Of a stretch of DNA of 60,866 bases, positions 9,673-18,454 are shown one piece after another. Within the stretch, counting starts at the first letter, position 1. Each line of letters starts with the position of its first letter. Where the stretch lies: contig JAJZFS010000078.1 in assembly GCA_021805245.1 (NCBI GenBank), positions 1 through 60,866 on the forward strand, read 5' to 3'. Under the pieces are notes generated by a model. The model had not been told where the DNA came from. It made no database searches and was given only the letters and a program-made list of their open reading frames with translations. Source of the DNA: Pseudomonadota bacterium. GTDB lineage: Bacteria > Pseudomonadota > Alphaproteobacteria > Micavibrionales > UBA2020. The position numbers were made by a program, and so were the translations under genes.

Positions 9673-12600
9673 ATGACGCGTATGGCTGGAATGGAAGATA
9701 GAAGAAATATTGACAGTATTCTGCGTGAACCGCTGACGCGTCACAGGTTTCTCCTGAACAGCAAGATACGCGCAGCGCAGGCGCCTGAGGACCCGACGCC
9801 GTTTACGCTCGACGATTTAAAGGAATTTGCCAACAGCATTCCCACAAAAGATCCCGAATTCAAGGATGAAATCAAGAACGTCATAGATGCCATCCAGGCG
9901 GGCAAGGCGCAACAGCCGCCGCGTTTCAATACGCCGGAAACCCAGTTGCTCTGGGGCGCGGGGCTGGCCTACCTCAAATTGACCCCCGATACTCTGAAAA
10001 CATGGGATCCGGCTGTGGAAACCGGAGAGTTGAGCGGCACAGGTCTATGGAAACAAATTACCGGAACGCGGACGGCTTATCAGGAACTGCTGCTCCATGC
10101 GCAGCACGTCCGCGAAGCTTTGCGTGACAAGAACACCAAATACGCCTGGGGTGAGCCGGGCAGCGGATTTGCCTTCCGCCGCCAGAAGAACGTTATCGAT
10201 ATTGACTTGATGCAGACGATGATCGTCGGCTTCGAGCACGCCCGTGCCGACGTCTACCGTGAAATCGGCCGCGCCCTGCTGACGGTGAGCTATCCGCGCC
10301 GGATGCAGAAAGTTTACAACCTGATGCAGCCGCTGCTGCAAAAGTCGCGTAAGGCCGCGGCGAAAAAGGGTCCGGAACTCAAGCCTGACGAATACAAAAA
10401 GCTGCGTCTTTTAAGCGCCGAATGGCAGCTGCGCAGCATGATGTTCGATGCGGCGGAGGAGAACGTCGCCAACAGGTTTGTCTCCAACATCGGCCTGCAG
10501 GAGCTGCAAGACTACAGTGTGTCGATCAACAACACCGCCGTCACGCAACGCGCGACGGGTCTGACGCGCCTGCCGCCGGACAAGAACGCTTCGGAAGAAC
10601 TGCGCCGCTACATGAACCTGTGCAACGCGGTGCAGTTGAGCTTCTTCCAGAACAACGGCCTGTTCGAGGATACGGCTGCGGGCTGGAAGCGCGTCGGCGT
10701 CGATCCGGACATGGTGCGCAAGACGGCTACGCTGGCGCAACGGCCTGCCGGTGCGAAGGAAGATACGGACGGCGTGGATCATGCGGATTTCAAACATCTG
10801 CGCGAACTGTGCGGCGGTCCCGACGGCCTCGAAAACCTGCAGCCCAAGGCGCACGAGCGTCTGTACGGCTGGAGCAATATGTTGGGCCGTGTCAAGAGCA
10901 TGGATCAGCGCCGCAAGGAAGTCATCGACACCATATGGGATCTTTATGCCGAAGACCTGATCAAGAATATTCTGGAGCAGGTCAACGATCAGGTCGACCA
11001 GCAGCTGAAGGATGCAAAAGACAAGCAACAGCAGCAGGGTGAGGACGGCGAGGAAGGCGACGAGCAGGACGGCGAGGAGCAGGACGGCGAGGAGCAAGAC
11101 GGACAGGGGCAAGGCCAGGGTCAGGGCAAAGGTAAAGGCAAAGGCAAGGGCCAAAAAGGTAAAAAGAGCAAAGAACACGGCAAACAGCAAGGCGAGCCGC
11201 AGGATCCGGACGATCTGGATAATGACGGCGAAGGCGACGAGAACGAAGGCGACGAGAGCGAGGACGCCGACGGAGAAAAAAGCGACCAGAAGGGCGATAG
11301 CCCTGAAGGAAAGCTTGGCACCGAGAACGAAGATTCCGTTCCCGTTGAAGGCGCCGGCGATATGCCCAATGTTGAAAATCCGACTGAAAATCCGGAAGAC
11401 GAAGTCGATCCGGATGCCAACGGTCAGGATGCCGACGGCGAAGGCAAGGACGGCGAGGATCTCGATGATCTTGAAGACGCCAATGACGATGGTTCCGGCG
11501 ATGCCATGGACATGGACGAGCTGGAAGACCGCGCCAATGAGGGGCAGGACGGCGAAGACGGCGAAGACGGCGAAGACGGCGACGATGCCGATGGCGAAGA
11601 CGCCGACGGGCAAGGTCAGGGCAAAGGCAAGAAAAAGAAGAGCAATAAGCGCACCAAAAACGGCAAGCCGAGCAAAGGCGCCGGTAAGGGCGAGGGCAAA
11701 AGCCTGGCCGATCTTGCCAAGCAGGACTGGACGAATTATCCGGAGCGCATCAAGGAACTGGCCAGCCATATCAACCGCGTCCGCCTGATCTTCAAAAAGA
11801 TCCAGGAAATGCAGATGCAGACGCAGATCACCAAGTCGAGGTCGCTGGAGATTCTGCCTCAGGACGGCGAAGTGAAAGACCGCTTCAATGTCGAGGCGCA
11901 TAAAGATCTCACGATCAAAAAGGCCATGGGGTCTGTTGAAGAAGAGGATCTCAAGCGTTTCCACAAGGACGAGAACAAGCTCACGCCTGCCGAAGTCGAT
12001 ATCGTTATCATGATCGACGGCTCCGGCAGTATGGATATGGCATCCGGCGCGCTGAAGGGCGTCACCCCGCTGCAAAGCGCGCTGCAGGCCGCCGCTATCC
12101 TTTATGAAGCGGCTGCGGGCAAGGACATGCATATGAATGTCTATGTCGGCATGTGGGGTAACGACAAGCCGCCTATTTTGATTAAACCCGGAGATGACCG
12201 CGTCAAGGTCGGCCAGGCCATGGAAACCATGCGCAAAGGCCTCAATTCCGGGACGGAATTTGCACCCGCCGTTCCAAAGGTCGCGGAGACGATCAGTGAA
12301 CACAGGGGCAAAAGTGGAAACCTCTCCGGTTTCACGCATGTGTTGGTGATTTCTGACGGGGACGCTGTTGACGAACTGCCGTCCAAGGACAAAATCGCCA
12401 CCATGTTCAGGTACTCGGACAAGGTGACGTTCGACGTTGCGATCATCACCGCGCAGAAAGGTACTTCCATGGAGAAAATGGCCAAAGGACTCGGGGCAAA
12501 GAAGCCGCACCAGCAGGTCGGCGTTGTCCTGGGGAAAGACCCCAACGAGGTGCCGATGGCGATTGTGGGACTACTACTCGAGAAGGTTCGGAAATGTGGC

Positions 12601-12678
12601 AGTTTCAAAGCCATTCCGAGCAGCAAGAAACGGCGAGACATGAAAAAAGCCCTTAACAAGATGGATCCAAAGAAATGA
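9673..12678 (+). CDS. Large vWA-domain protein: degenerate zincin-like N-terminus, acidic/basic low-complexity linker, C-terminal vWA
   Basis: MIDAS residues IDGSGS (12016-12030), GTEF and ISDG; ~230-aa D/E/G/K-rich linker; REIGR...FDAAEENVAN in the N-terminal part. Confidence 0.85.
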   Translation: MTRMAGMEDRRNIDSILREPLTRHRFLLNSKIRAAQAPEDPTPFTLDDLKEFANSIPTKDPEFKDEIKNVIDAIQAGKAQQPPRFNTPETQLLWGAGLAYLKLTPDTLKTWDPAVETGELSGTGLWKQITGTRTAYQELLLHAQHVREALRDKNTKYAWGEPGSGFAFRRQKNVIDIDLMQTMIVGFEHARADVYREIGRALLTVSYPRRMQKVYNLMQPLLQKSRKAAAKKGPELKPDEYKKLRLLSAEWQLRSMMFDAAEENVANRFVSNIGLQELQDYSVSINNTAVTQRATGLTRLPPDKNASEELRRYMNLCNAVQLSFFQNNGLFEDTAAGWKRVGVDPDMVRKTATLAQRPAGAKEDTDGVDHADFKHLRELCGGPDGLENLQPKAHERLYGWSNMLGRVKSMDQRRKEVIDTIWDLYAEDLIKNILEQVNDQVDQQLKDAKDKQQQQGEDGEEGDEQDGEEQDGEEQDGQGQGQGQGKGKGKGKGQKGKKSKEHGKQQGEPQDPDDLDNDGEGDENEGDESEDADGEKSDQKGDSPEGKLGTENEDSVPVEGAGDMPNVENPTENPEDEVDPDANGQDADGEGKDGEDLDDLEDANDDGSGDAMDMDELEDRANEGQDGEDGEDGEDGDDADGEDADGQGQGKGKKKKSNKRTKNGKPSKGAGKGEGKSLADLAKQDWTNYPERIKELASHINRVRLIFKKIQEMQMQTQITKSRSLEILPQDGEVKDRFNVEAHKDLTIKKAMGSVEEEDLKRFHKDENKLTPAEVDIVIMIDGSGSMDMASGALKGVTPLQSALQAAAILYEAAAGKDMHMNVYVGMWGNDKPPILIKPGDDRVKVGQAMETMRKGLNSGTEFAPAVPKVAETISEHRGKSGNLSGFTHVLVISDGDAVDELPSKDKIATMFRYSDKVTFDVAIITAQKGTSMEKMAKGLGAKKPHQQVGVVLGKDPNEVPMAIVGLLLEKVRKCGSFKAIPSSKKRRDMKKALNKMDPKK
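11035..11700 (+). repeat. Coding low-complexity repeats in the vWA linker (DGEEQ 15-bp, DGE 9-bp, GQ/GK 6-bp units)
   Basis: GAGCAGGACGGCGAG repeats near 11062-11102, GACGGCGAA x3 near 11548-11574, two GQGQG(K)GK runs. Confidence 0.8.
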
Positions 12679-15557
12679 CGAAAAAAATGGAACAAGACAC
12701 ACAGCTCCTTAAAACAAAAATCAAGGACTTGATCGTTGATGAGGGTTTCCAACGGAAGGAAGCCCGCAGACTGCTGGGCGAGAAGGCCACGGAAGCCGCC
12801 GTCAGAAAAGAGACAGAGCGCCGCATGGAACGCGCGCAGGAATTGTCTGAAAAGCTGATCAGGCCGCTGGGCACGACGTCGCGTCCCTACCCGATGTGGG
12901 GCTCCCAGCGCGTTGATTACAACGGCCATTCGAACCTGGAGCAGGTTTTGTCCAGGATCGCGGACGATAGCAACCCGATGAAGGTCTACTCCGAGCGTCC
13001 TTATGCGCAAGTCATCGCCATGGCCTATTGCGACATGCCGGTGCCGAGCATGTTGCCGCTGTTCTTTGACGGCCTCGAGCGCCGCAAGCCCGAAAGCACC
13101 AACCGCACGCAGATGATGATCGGCGATCCGGGTGCGGGTAAATCCTTCATGGGCGCCCTGCAGGGCCGTATGCGTTCGACGAAGCCCGTCGAAGTGTTCG
13201 ACTGCGGCGGCAAGAACATGAACGAACTTCTGTTCGAAATGGTCCTCGATTTCGGCGCGGGCGATGCTCTGCCCAAGGCCGTCGACAAGCGTCTGCAAGC
13301 AGGGTCTCTGGAAGCGCTGTCTCTGGCGAAGCTGAAGCAATTGCCGACGGGAGCCGTCACGCTTGACGATGACAGCAACATCAAGTCCGTCGACTGGAAT
13401 TACTTCAAGGGTAACGCCAAGCCCCAGGACGTCGAAGCTGCGTTCGCCATCCTGAAGGATGTCGCCCAGATCGAAGGTCTCGACAATGCCAGCGGCAACA
13501 TGCTGGGCATGAACTCGCAATACGGCCCGCTGATCCGCTGGTTCATCGAAGGCCGCGAAGGCGTGCTGGACGAGTACAACAAGTCCAAGGAAGGGTCGGA
13601 CAACGGTCTGCAAACCGTTTGGCAGTTCCTCAACGGCGAAACCAACGAATGCACGGTTGAAAACCCGCTGAAGAACAAAGACCTGACCAACGGTCCGTCG
13701 TCCTTCACGTTCCGCCGTGACGACATGCAGGCGGGCTTCTTCGTCACCCTGACGGGTAACAAGACGGAAGACGGCCTGACGACGCGCAGCCTGAACAAAT
13801 CGGTTTACTCGCGTCTGTCGCCGCAAACGCTGCCTGACCCGACGGAAGCCGACTGGCAGCACCGTATCTGCCAGATGATGTGCGGCGTGCCTGTGTCGAC
13901 GCTGTACAACGTCTTCAGAGAACAGGCTGACGAAAATCCGAAGGAATTCGGCCAGTGGCTGATGCAACTGAGAAAGACCAAAGCCGAACTCGAAGGCGTG
14001 CCTGTTCCTGAACTGCAGGAAACGCTGCTCGAAAACTGGAGGAACGTCGTTAACTCTTCCCGCAAACTGGCACGTTTCTACAGCGAATGGTCCGAAATGA
14101 CCAACGCCGAAAACCTCATGACGACGGGCAATACCGATCTGATCGAGGAAGTGGACGAAGAATACTCCAAGAAGGAAGGCATCGACTTCCGCAAGATCAA
14201 GCAGCACCTCGAGGCGGCTCTGCCGATCCGTCCCCGCATGCTGCCTGAGGATGCGGAAACCAAGGCCGATTTCAAAAACTTCATGGAACAGCCCAAGCTG
14301 GGCGAGAAGGAGTACGAAAACCCGTCCGTGGCTTTCGGCACGCGCCTTGTCGATGTTCTGGACCGCATGGTGTTCGAGAAGTCCGAAGCGATCGGCAAGC
14401 ACAAGCTCTATGAGAAGCTGCAAGCCTCTATGGGCAATGCCGGCCTGCGCGATATCGTGTTGCAGGACGGGGCGCACAGCTTCCAGCGTTCGGTGGAAGA
14501 AGACCTGAACGTCAGCGTCTTCGACAGCACCGACGTGGGCAAGAGAGCCGCCGCGGCGCGCAAAGTGTTCTGCGATTATATCCGTCAGGTTGATCCGCAG
14601 ATCGTTGAAGCCGATGACGACAAGATCATCACGATCGCGCGTCTGAAGAGAGCCTTGCAAACCGTCGGTGACAATAACACTGCGGAATCCAAGGAACTGT
14701 TCATCGTCAACCGTGACCATGAATCTCTGGGGGCTTTCCCGCTTGCGCGCGCCAGGATCGAAGATATGGCCGCTTATCCGGAAGGCACGGAAGAGGTCGA
14801 GCTGTCCGTCAGCGACATTGTCAGCCATGAAGACTTCATGGCGGCACTGGCCCTGCCGACGGTGAGCGCGAAAAACCTCGACGCGGTCTGGGATACGAAT
14901 ATCCGCACTTTGTCCGAGCGGATTGAAAAAGAACACAATCCGCAAGAGGCAGCGCCGGAGAAGAAGTCGAGCGCGGACGAAATCTTCAAGATCACGGAAA
15001 ACCGTTCCGAACAAGGTCTTGCAACGACGACGTTGCGGGTGATGTTCAAAGACGCCGCGGGCAAGGAGAGTGATGTCTCCGTGCACATCGTCTTGAACAA
15101 AAACCGCAACAAGGCTCTGATCGTCGGCGAGAAGGTTCCGACCAAACTGCTGTCGGCCTTCAAGGAAGCCGGTATCATCCACGTCGACCGCCATGCGCCG
15201 AACGCGAAGGCCAAAGTCGATGCGGCTCTGACCGACCTGACGCGCGGGACGCGCAATCCCGAGCTGACGAAGCGCCATCTTGCAGATGCCTTCAGGTTCC
15301 GGAACGACTTTGATCTGGGCGATTTCCTTGTCGAGAAGAAGGCCATCACCCCGGCGGAACTCAAGGCCGCGCGCGAAGAGCTGAAAAACGTCAACGACTC
15401 GGAAGCGAAGCTGGACGAAGTCCTGATCAAACAGGGCGTCATCACAGCCGCGCAACTGGCCGAGAAGACGAAACTGTCCGAGATGCTTGTCGATGACAAA
15501 ATGGGCATGCTGTACGAAAAGTATGTCGTTAAAGACAGGAAGAAGCCGGCAATCTAA
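12675..15557 (+). CDS. Large MoxR/dynein-related (AAA_5-like) AAA+ ATPase with C-terminal MshEN-like repeats
   Basis: GDPGAGKS Walker A, VLDEYNK Walker B, VTLTGN sensor 1, LNKSVYSRL Arg finger; ATGA overlap with the vWA gene. Confidence 0.82.
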   Translation: MTKKMEQDTQLLKTKIKDLIVDEGFQRKEARRLLGEKATEAAVRKETERRMERAQELSEKLIRPLGTTSRPYPMWGSQRVDYNGHSNLEQVLSRIADDSNPMKVYSERPYAQVIAMAYCDMPVPSMLPLFFDGLERRKPESTNRTQMMIGDPGAGKSFMGALQGRMRSTKPVEVFDCGGKNMNELLFEMVLDFGAGDALPKAVDKRLQAGSLEALSLAKLKQLPTGAVTLDDDSNIKSVDWNYFKGNAKPQDVEAAFAILKDVAQIEGLDNASGNMLGMNSQYGPLIRWFIEGREGVLDEYNKSKEGSDNGLQTVWQFLNGETNECTVENPLKNKDLTNGPSSFTFRRDDMQAGFFVTLTGNKTEDGLTTRSLNKSVYSRLSPQTLPDPTEADWQHRICQMMCGVPVSTLYNVFREQADENPKEFGQWLMQLRKTKAELEGVPVPELQETLLENWRNVVNSSRKLARFYSEWSEMTNAENLMTTGNTDLIEEVDEEYSKKEGIDFRKIKQHLEAALPIRPRMLPEDAETKADFKNFMEQPKLGEKEYENPSVAFGTRLVDVLDRMVFEKSEAIGKHKLYEKLQASMGNAGLRDIVLQDGAHSFQRSVEEDLNVSVFDSTDVGKRAAAARKVFCDYIRQVDPQIVEADDDKIITIARLKRALQTVGDNNTAESKELFIVNRDHESLGAFPLARARIEDMAAYPEGTEEVELSVSDIVSHEDFMAALALPTVSAKNLDAVWDTNIRTLSERIEKEHNPQEAAPEKKSSADEIFKITENRSEQGLATTTLRVMFKDAAGKESDVSVHIVLNKNRNKALIVGEKVPTKLLSAFKEAGIIHVDRHAPNAKAKVDAALTDLTRGTRNPELTKRHLADAFRFRNDFDLGDFLVEKKAITPAELKAAREELKNVNDSEAKLDEVLIKQGVITAAQLAEKTKLSEMLVDDKMGMLYEKYVVKDRKKPAI

Positions 15558-15573
15558 GGCTTAGGAGGAGTAC

Positions 15574-15918
15574 ATGACGGGTGAGGGACGTAAAACGCCC
15601 CCCCCCGCCGCTCTTCTGGAGAAAACCGCGTCTGTTGCCGCGCAGCAGAACGCCATGGAGCGGGGATGCAAGTTCCTGCCACACGGCAGCCGGTTGTTTC
15701 CAGTCGAGCAGGGGTGGGAAAGCACGACGATCAGCCGTGACGAGAACGTTTCCGTTGTCAGCACTTTGCTGGAACTTGAAGAGACCATGCAAAGCGCCGA
15801 TGCGAAGGTTATCTTCATCCCGATAGATGCGTTGATGACGGATGCGGATATCGAAAAGATATGCCAGAGAAACGCGACCGTCAGAACGTTCTTCAAAGAA
15901 GTCAAAAAAGGCGAATAA
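15574..15918 (+). CDS. Hypothetical protein, third gene of the vWA-AAA operon
   Basis: Strong AGGAGGAG RBS, start 16 bp after the ATPase stop, followed by a stem-loop; no recognisable motif. Confidence 0.7.
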   Translation: MTGEGRKTPPPAALLEKTASVAAQQNAMERGCKFLPHGSRLFPVEQGWESTTISRDENVSVVSTLLELEETMQSADAKVIFIPIDALMTDADIEKICQRNATVRTFFKEVKKGE

Positions 15919-15934
15919 CCTTTACATCTTTTGT

Positions 15935-15969
15935 CACAGGGCAGGCCGCGATGCGCGGCTTGCCCTGTG
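15935..15969. terminator. Long stem-loop between convergent genes
   Basis: CACAGGGCAGGCCGCG-atg-CGCGGCTTGCCCTGTG, 16-bp stem with one G-U pair. Confidence 0.65.
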
Positions 15970-15986
15970 CGCATATTTAAGATGCG

Positions 15987-16817
15987 TCAAAAGCCTTGTA
16001 CGGCCCTGAAAGGCGAAAGCGCGATGTGCGGCGGAACGAGGCAGTCCGCGGCATCATAGGGAAGCGGCTGTCCGTCCAGTGTTTCGACCCGTCCGCCCAT
16101 CGCTTCAATAATGGCCTGGCCCGGCGCCACATCCCAGAAAGCGATGCGGCCTTGCGGTTTGGCCGTACAGAAGACAAACAGGTCCGCCTGTCCTTCCGCG
16201 ATTTGGCAGGGGCGGAAAATGCCTGTCTCCGTGTCCTCCCGTATGGGCTGATCTTTGAAATGCTCCGCAAGATAGTTTCTGATCTGCGGCAAATGGGCGT
16301 ATTTCTTCTGCAGTAAAATGCGCGGCACAGGGGCTGCGGGAGCGGTGCCGGCCGCAAGCGGGGTTCTTTTCCCGTCCGCGCCTGTTCTCGTGGCCGTGCC
16401 GCGGCCTGCGGCGCTGTAAAGCAGGTCGAGCGACGGATGGTACACAACGCCCAAAGCGGGTTTGTTGCCGATGACAAGGCCTACCGCCACAACGAAGCCA
16501 TCGGTTCTATCGATGTATTCCTGCGTGCCGTCGATGGGGTCGACCGTCCAGAAAGTGCCTGCGGAGAAATCGGGAATTTTTCCGTCGGCGACACGTTCCT
16601 CCGAGATGATAGGCACTTGCGGCGTAATTTTCTGTAATGCCGGAAGTATAATGTTTTCCGATGCAATATCTGCATCCGTCACGTTGCTGCCGTCCGCTTT
16701 CGCGTAGACTTTGGCGCGGTCATACAATGCCATGACCGTGTGACCGGCCTGTCTTACGATCTGTTCGACGGCGGGGAGGAGATCTTGCGGGGCAGGATCG
16801 GACACTACTTTGTTCAT
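15987..16817 (-). CDS. cysQ: 3'(2'),5'-bisphosphate nucleotidase CysQ (inositol monophosphatase family)
   Basis: KADGSNVTDAD, ISEE, WTVDPIDGT, WDVAPG. Confidence 0.88.
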   Translation of the reverse strand: MNKVVSDPAPQDLLPAVEQIVRQAGHTVMALYDRAKVYAKADGSNVTDADIASENIILPALQKITPQVPIISEERVADGKIPDFSAGTFWTVDPIDGTQEYIDRTDGFVVAVGLVIGNKPALGVVYHPSLDLLYSAAGRGTATRTGADGKRTPLAAGTAPAAPVPRILLQKKYAHLPQIRNYLAEHFKDQPIREDTETGIFRPCQIAEGQADLFVFCTAKPQGRIAFWDVAPGQAIIEAMGGRVETLDGQPLPYDAADCLVPPHIALSPFRAVQGF

Positions 16818-16911
16818 TTCTATTCAAGCATAAAGGGTTATATTCTTTTCTTAGCACATTTTTAAAAAATGAAATAGCAGCGGAGAAAAACAGAGGAAAT
16901 ATCCGCTTCTG

Positions 16912-16920
16912 TTATCCACA
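16912..16920 (+). promoter_or_regulatory. Perfect DnaA box
   Basis: TTATCCACA in the cysQ / zapA-operon divergent intergenic region. Confidence 0.45.
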
Positions 16921-16957
16921 GGGCTGTGATCAATGCGCTCTAAAATTTTTATATCAA

Positions 16958-16986
16958 TTGACGTGAGGCTGCAGGAATTTTATGCT
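16958..16986 (+). promoter_or_regulatory. Sigma70-type promoter of the DUF4164-zapA operon
   Basis: TTGACG-N17-TATGCT. Confidence 0.6.
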
Positions 16987-17033
16987 GAGATCATTACAAA
17001 AAAACATTCCATCGAAGTGAACAGGGATTCGCC

Positions 17034-17252
17034 ATGAAATCTGCACTGAAACCAGCCCTAGAGAATCTGGATAAGGCCTTGGGGCACCTTGAGATAGCTG
17101 TTGAAAAACGCTTTCAGTCCATTAAAAAACAGAAGGTGGAACCGCAACTTGATTTGAGCGCGCGCAACGAACGCGAAGTGAATCGCAAGATCGCCGCGAA
17201 GCTCGACCAAACGATCAACCGTCTTGAAATGCTTTTAACCGAGGAGGCATAA
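17034..17252 (+). CDS. Small coiled-coil protein upstream of zapA (DUF4164/ZauP-like)
   Basis: 72-aa helical protein ending KLDQTINRLEMLL, in the conserved position before zapA. Confidence 0.7.
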   Translation: MKSALKPALENLDKALGHLEIAVEKRFQSIKKQKVEPQLDLSARNEREVNRKIAAKLDQTINRLEMLLTEEA

Positions 17253-17256
17253 ATCC

Positions 17257-17643
17257 GTGGCTGAGGTAACAATCTATATCAACGGACGTTCCTACGACAT
17301 CTCCTGCGATAACGGACAGGAAGGCCGCATTGTCGATCTGGCGACCTATATTGACGAGAGACTGCAACAGATTTCGCGCGCGGGCGCCGCATACAATGAT
17401 GCGCACTTGATGGTCCTGACAACTCTGGTGCTGGCCGACGAGCTTTTTGACGCCCGCGAAGGGCATGTGCCTGCATCGGCGTTGCGCGCCACGCGCGGGA
17501 ATGCCGCCGCTGCGCCGGTGGCCGCGCCTGCGGTGCCGCAGCCAGCCATTGACCGCGAGGAAGAACAGGCCGTCCTGAAAGTTCTGGAGCAGATAACCAA
17601 GCGAATTGAAGGGGTTGCCACCCGCGTGATGCAGGCCTCCTAA
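17257..17643 (+). CDS. zapA: Cell division protein ZapA
   Basis: VTIYINGRSYDISCDNGQE and LVLADEL motifs; followed by 6S RNA and ygfA. Confidence 0.92.
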   Translation: MAEVTIYINGRSYDISCDNGQEGRIVDLATYIDERLQQISRAGAAYNDAHLMVLTTLVLADELFDAREGHVPASALRATRGNAAAAPVAAPAVPQPAIDREEEQAVLKVLEQITKRIEGVATRVMQAS

Positions 17644-17650
17644 GAGTTTG

Positions 17651-17679
17651 TTGCTTCTCCGCGCTTGTGCGCCTATAGT
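17651..17679 (+). promoter_or_regulatory. Sigma70 promoter of 6S RNA
   Basis: TTGCTT-N17-TATAGT, ending 6 bp before the predicted RNA 5' end. Confidence 0.7.
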
Positions 17680-17685
17680 CATTTC

Positions 17686-17849
17686 CGGAAGGCTGCTGCA
17701 GAGTTCGATAAGACAGCACTGTCCCAGAGGCCGATGATCGTTAGATCGGGAGCCGTCCCTGTTCAGACCGTGGTCTGATTATATGGCGCCCCCCTGTTTT
17801 ACAGGGCCTAGCGGATAACCCCGTCGACGGCTCAGGTGGCAGTCTTCCG
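17686..17849 (+). ncRNA. ssrS: 6S RNA
   Basis: ~165 nt between zapA and ygfA; the ends pair (CGGAAGGCTGCT / GGCAGTCTTCCG); own promoter; conserved synteny. Confidence 0.88.
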
Positions 17850-17878
17850 CTTCTTTTTGTTTGAAGAGAAAGTCGCAC

Positions 17879-18454
17879 GTGACACTGCACCTCCCTACAA
17901 AACCGGCTTTGCGTCAGTCGTATCTCGAGAGGCGCCTGCAGATATTGCCGAACAACAGAATCGCCGCGTCGGAAGCCATCTGCGACAGGTTTTTTAAGGA
18001 TGTGCAGTTGGAGGCGGGCGCTCTCGTGGCCGGGTACTGGCCCGTCAAAGGCGAGGTGGATGCGCTGCTGATTTTGCGCGCGCTTCTGGCCAAGGGGCAT
18101 AACTGCGCTTTGCCGCATGTGGTGGGCGACGGCGCGCCGCTGCTGTTTCGCCATTGGGACGAGAACGTACCGATGATAACGGGCAAATACGGCCTTCAGG
18201 AACCCGTGGCGGGCGATGAGGCGGTCATGCCGGATGTTTTGCTGGTGCCCGTGCTGGCGTTCGATGCGCAAGGTTACCGTCTCGGTTATGGCGGCGGCTT
18301 TTATGACCGCACGATCGTCCGTTTGAAGAAGCAGAAGCCTGTGCGGACGATCGGACTGGCCTATGAGATGCAGCACTACAAAGAAGGCTTGCCGCATGAC
18401 GCAAACGACATCAAGGTGGATGTCATCATAACAGACGGAAACATATACACATGA
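17879..18454 (+). CDS. ygfA: 5-formyltetrahydrofolate cyclo-ligase
   Basis: LVPVLAFD..GYRLGYGGGFYDR; start uncertain (GTG 17879 chosen). Confidence 0.93.
   Translation: MTLHLPTKPALRQSYLERRLQILPNNRIAASEAICDRFFKDVQLEAGALVAGYWPVKGEVDALLILRALLAKGHNCALPHVVGDGAPLLFRHWDENVPMITGKYGLQEPVAGDEAVMPDVLLVPVLAFDAQGYRLGYGGGFYDRTIVRLKKQKPVRTIGLAYEMQHYKEGLPHDANDIKVDVIITDGNIYT

Noticed and set aside
12141-15455. 1104-aa minus-strand ORF (and 699-aa ORF 10411-12510) over the vWA/AAA genes
   Set aside because: Antisense shadows of GC-rich genes; no motifs, while the + strand frames carry clear catalytic motifs
8467-15557. Cobalamin cluster (cobD-cobT-cobS)
   Set aside because: The ATPase is about three times CobS length, neither large protein shows CobS/CobT-specific sequence I recognise, the order is reversed and there is no cobN; only the general architecture is shared
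16912-16920. Replication origin
   Set aside because: Only one DnaA box in a short intergenic region, with no typical oriC gene context
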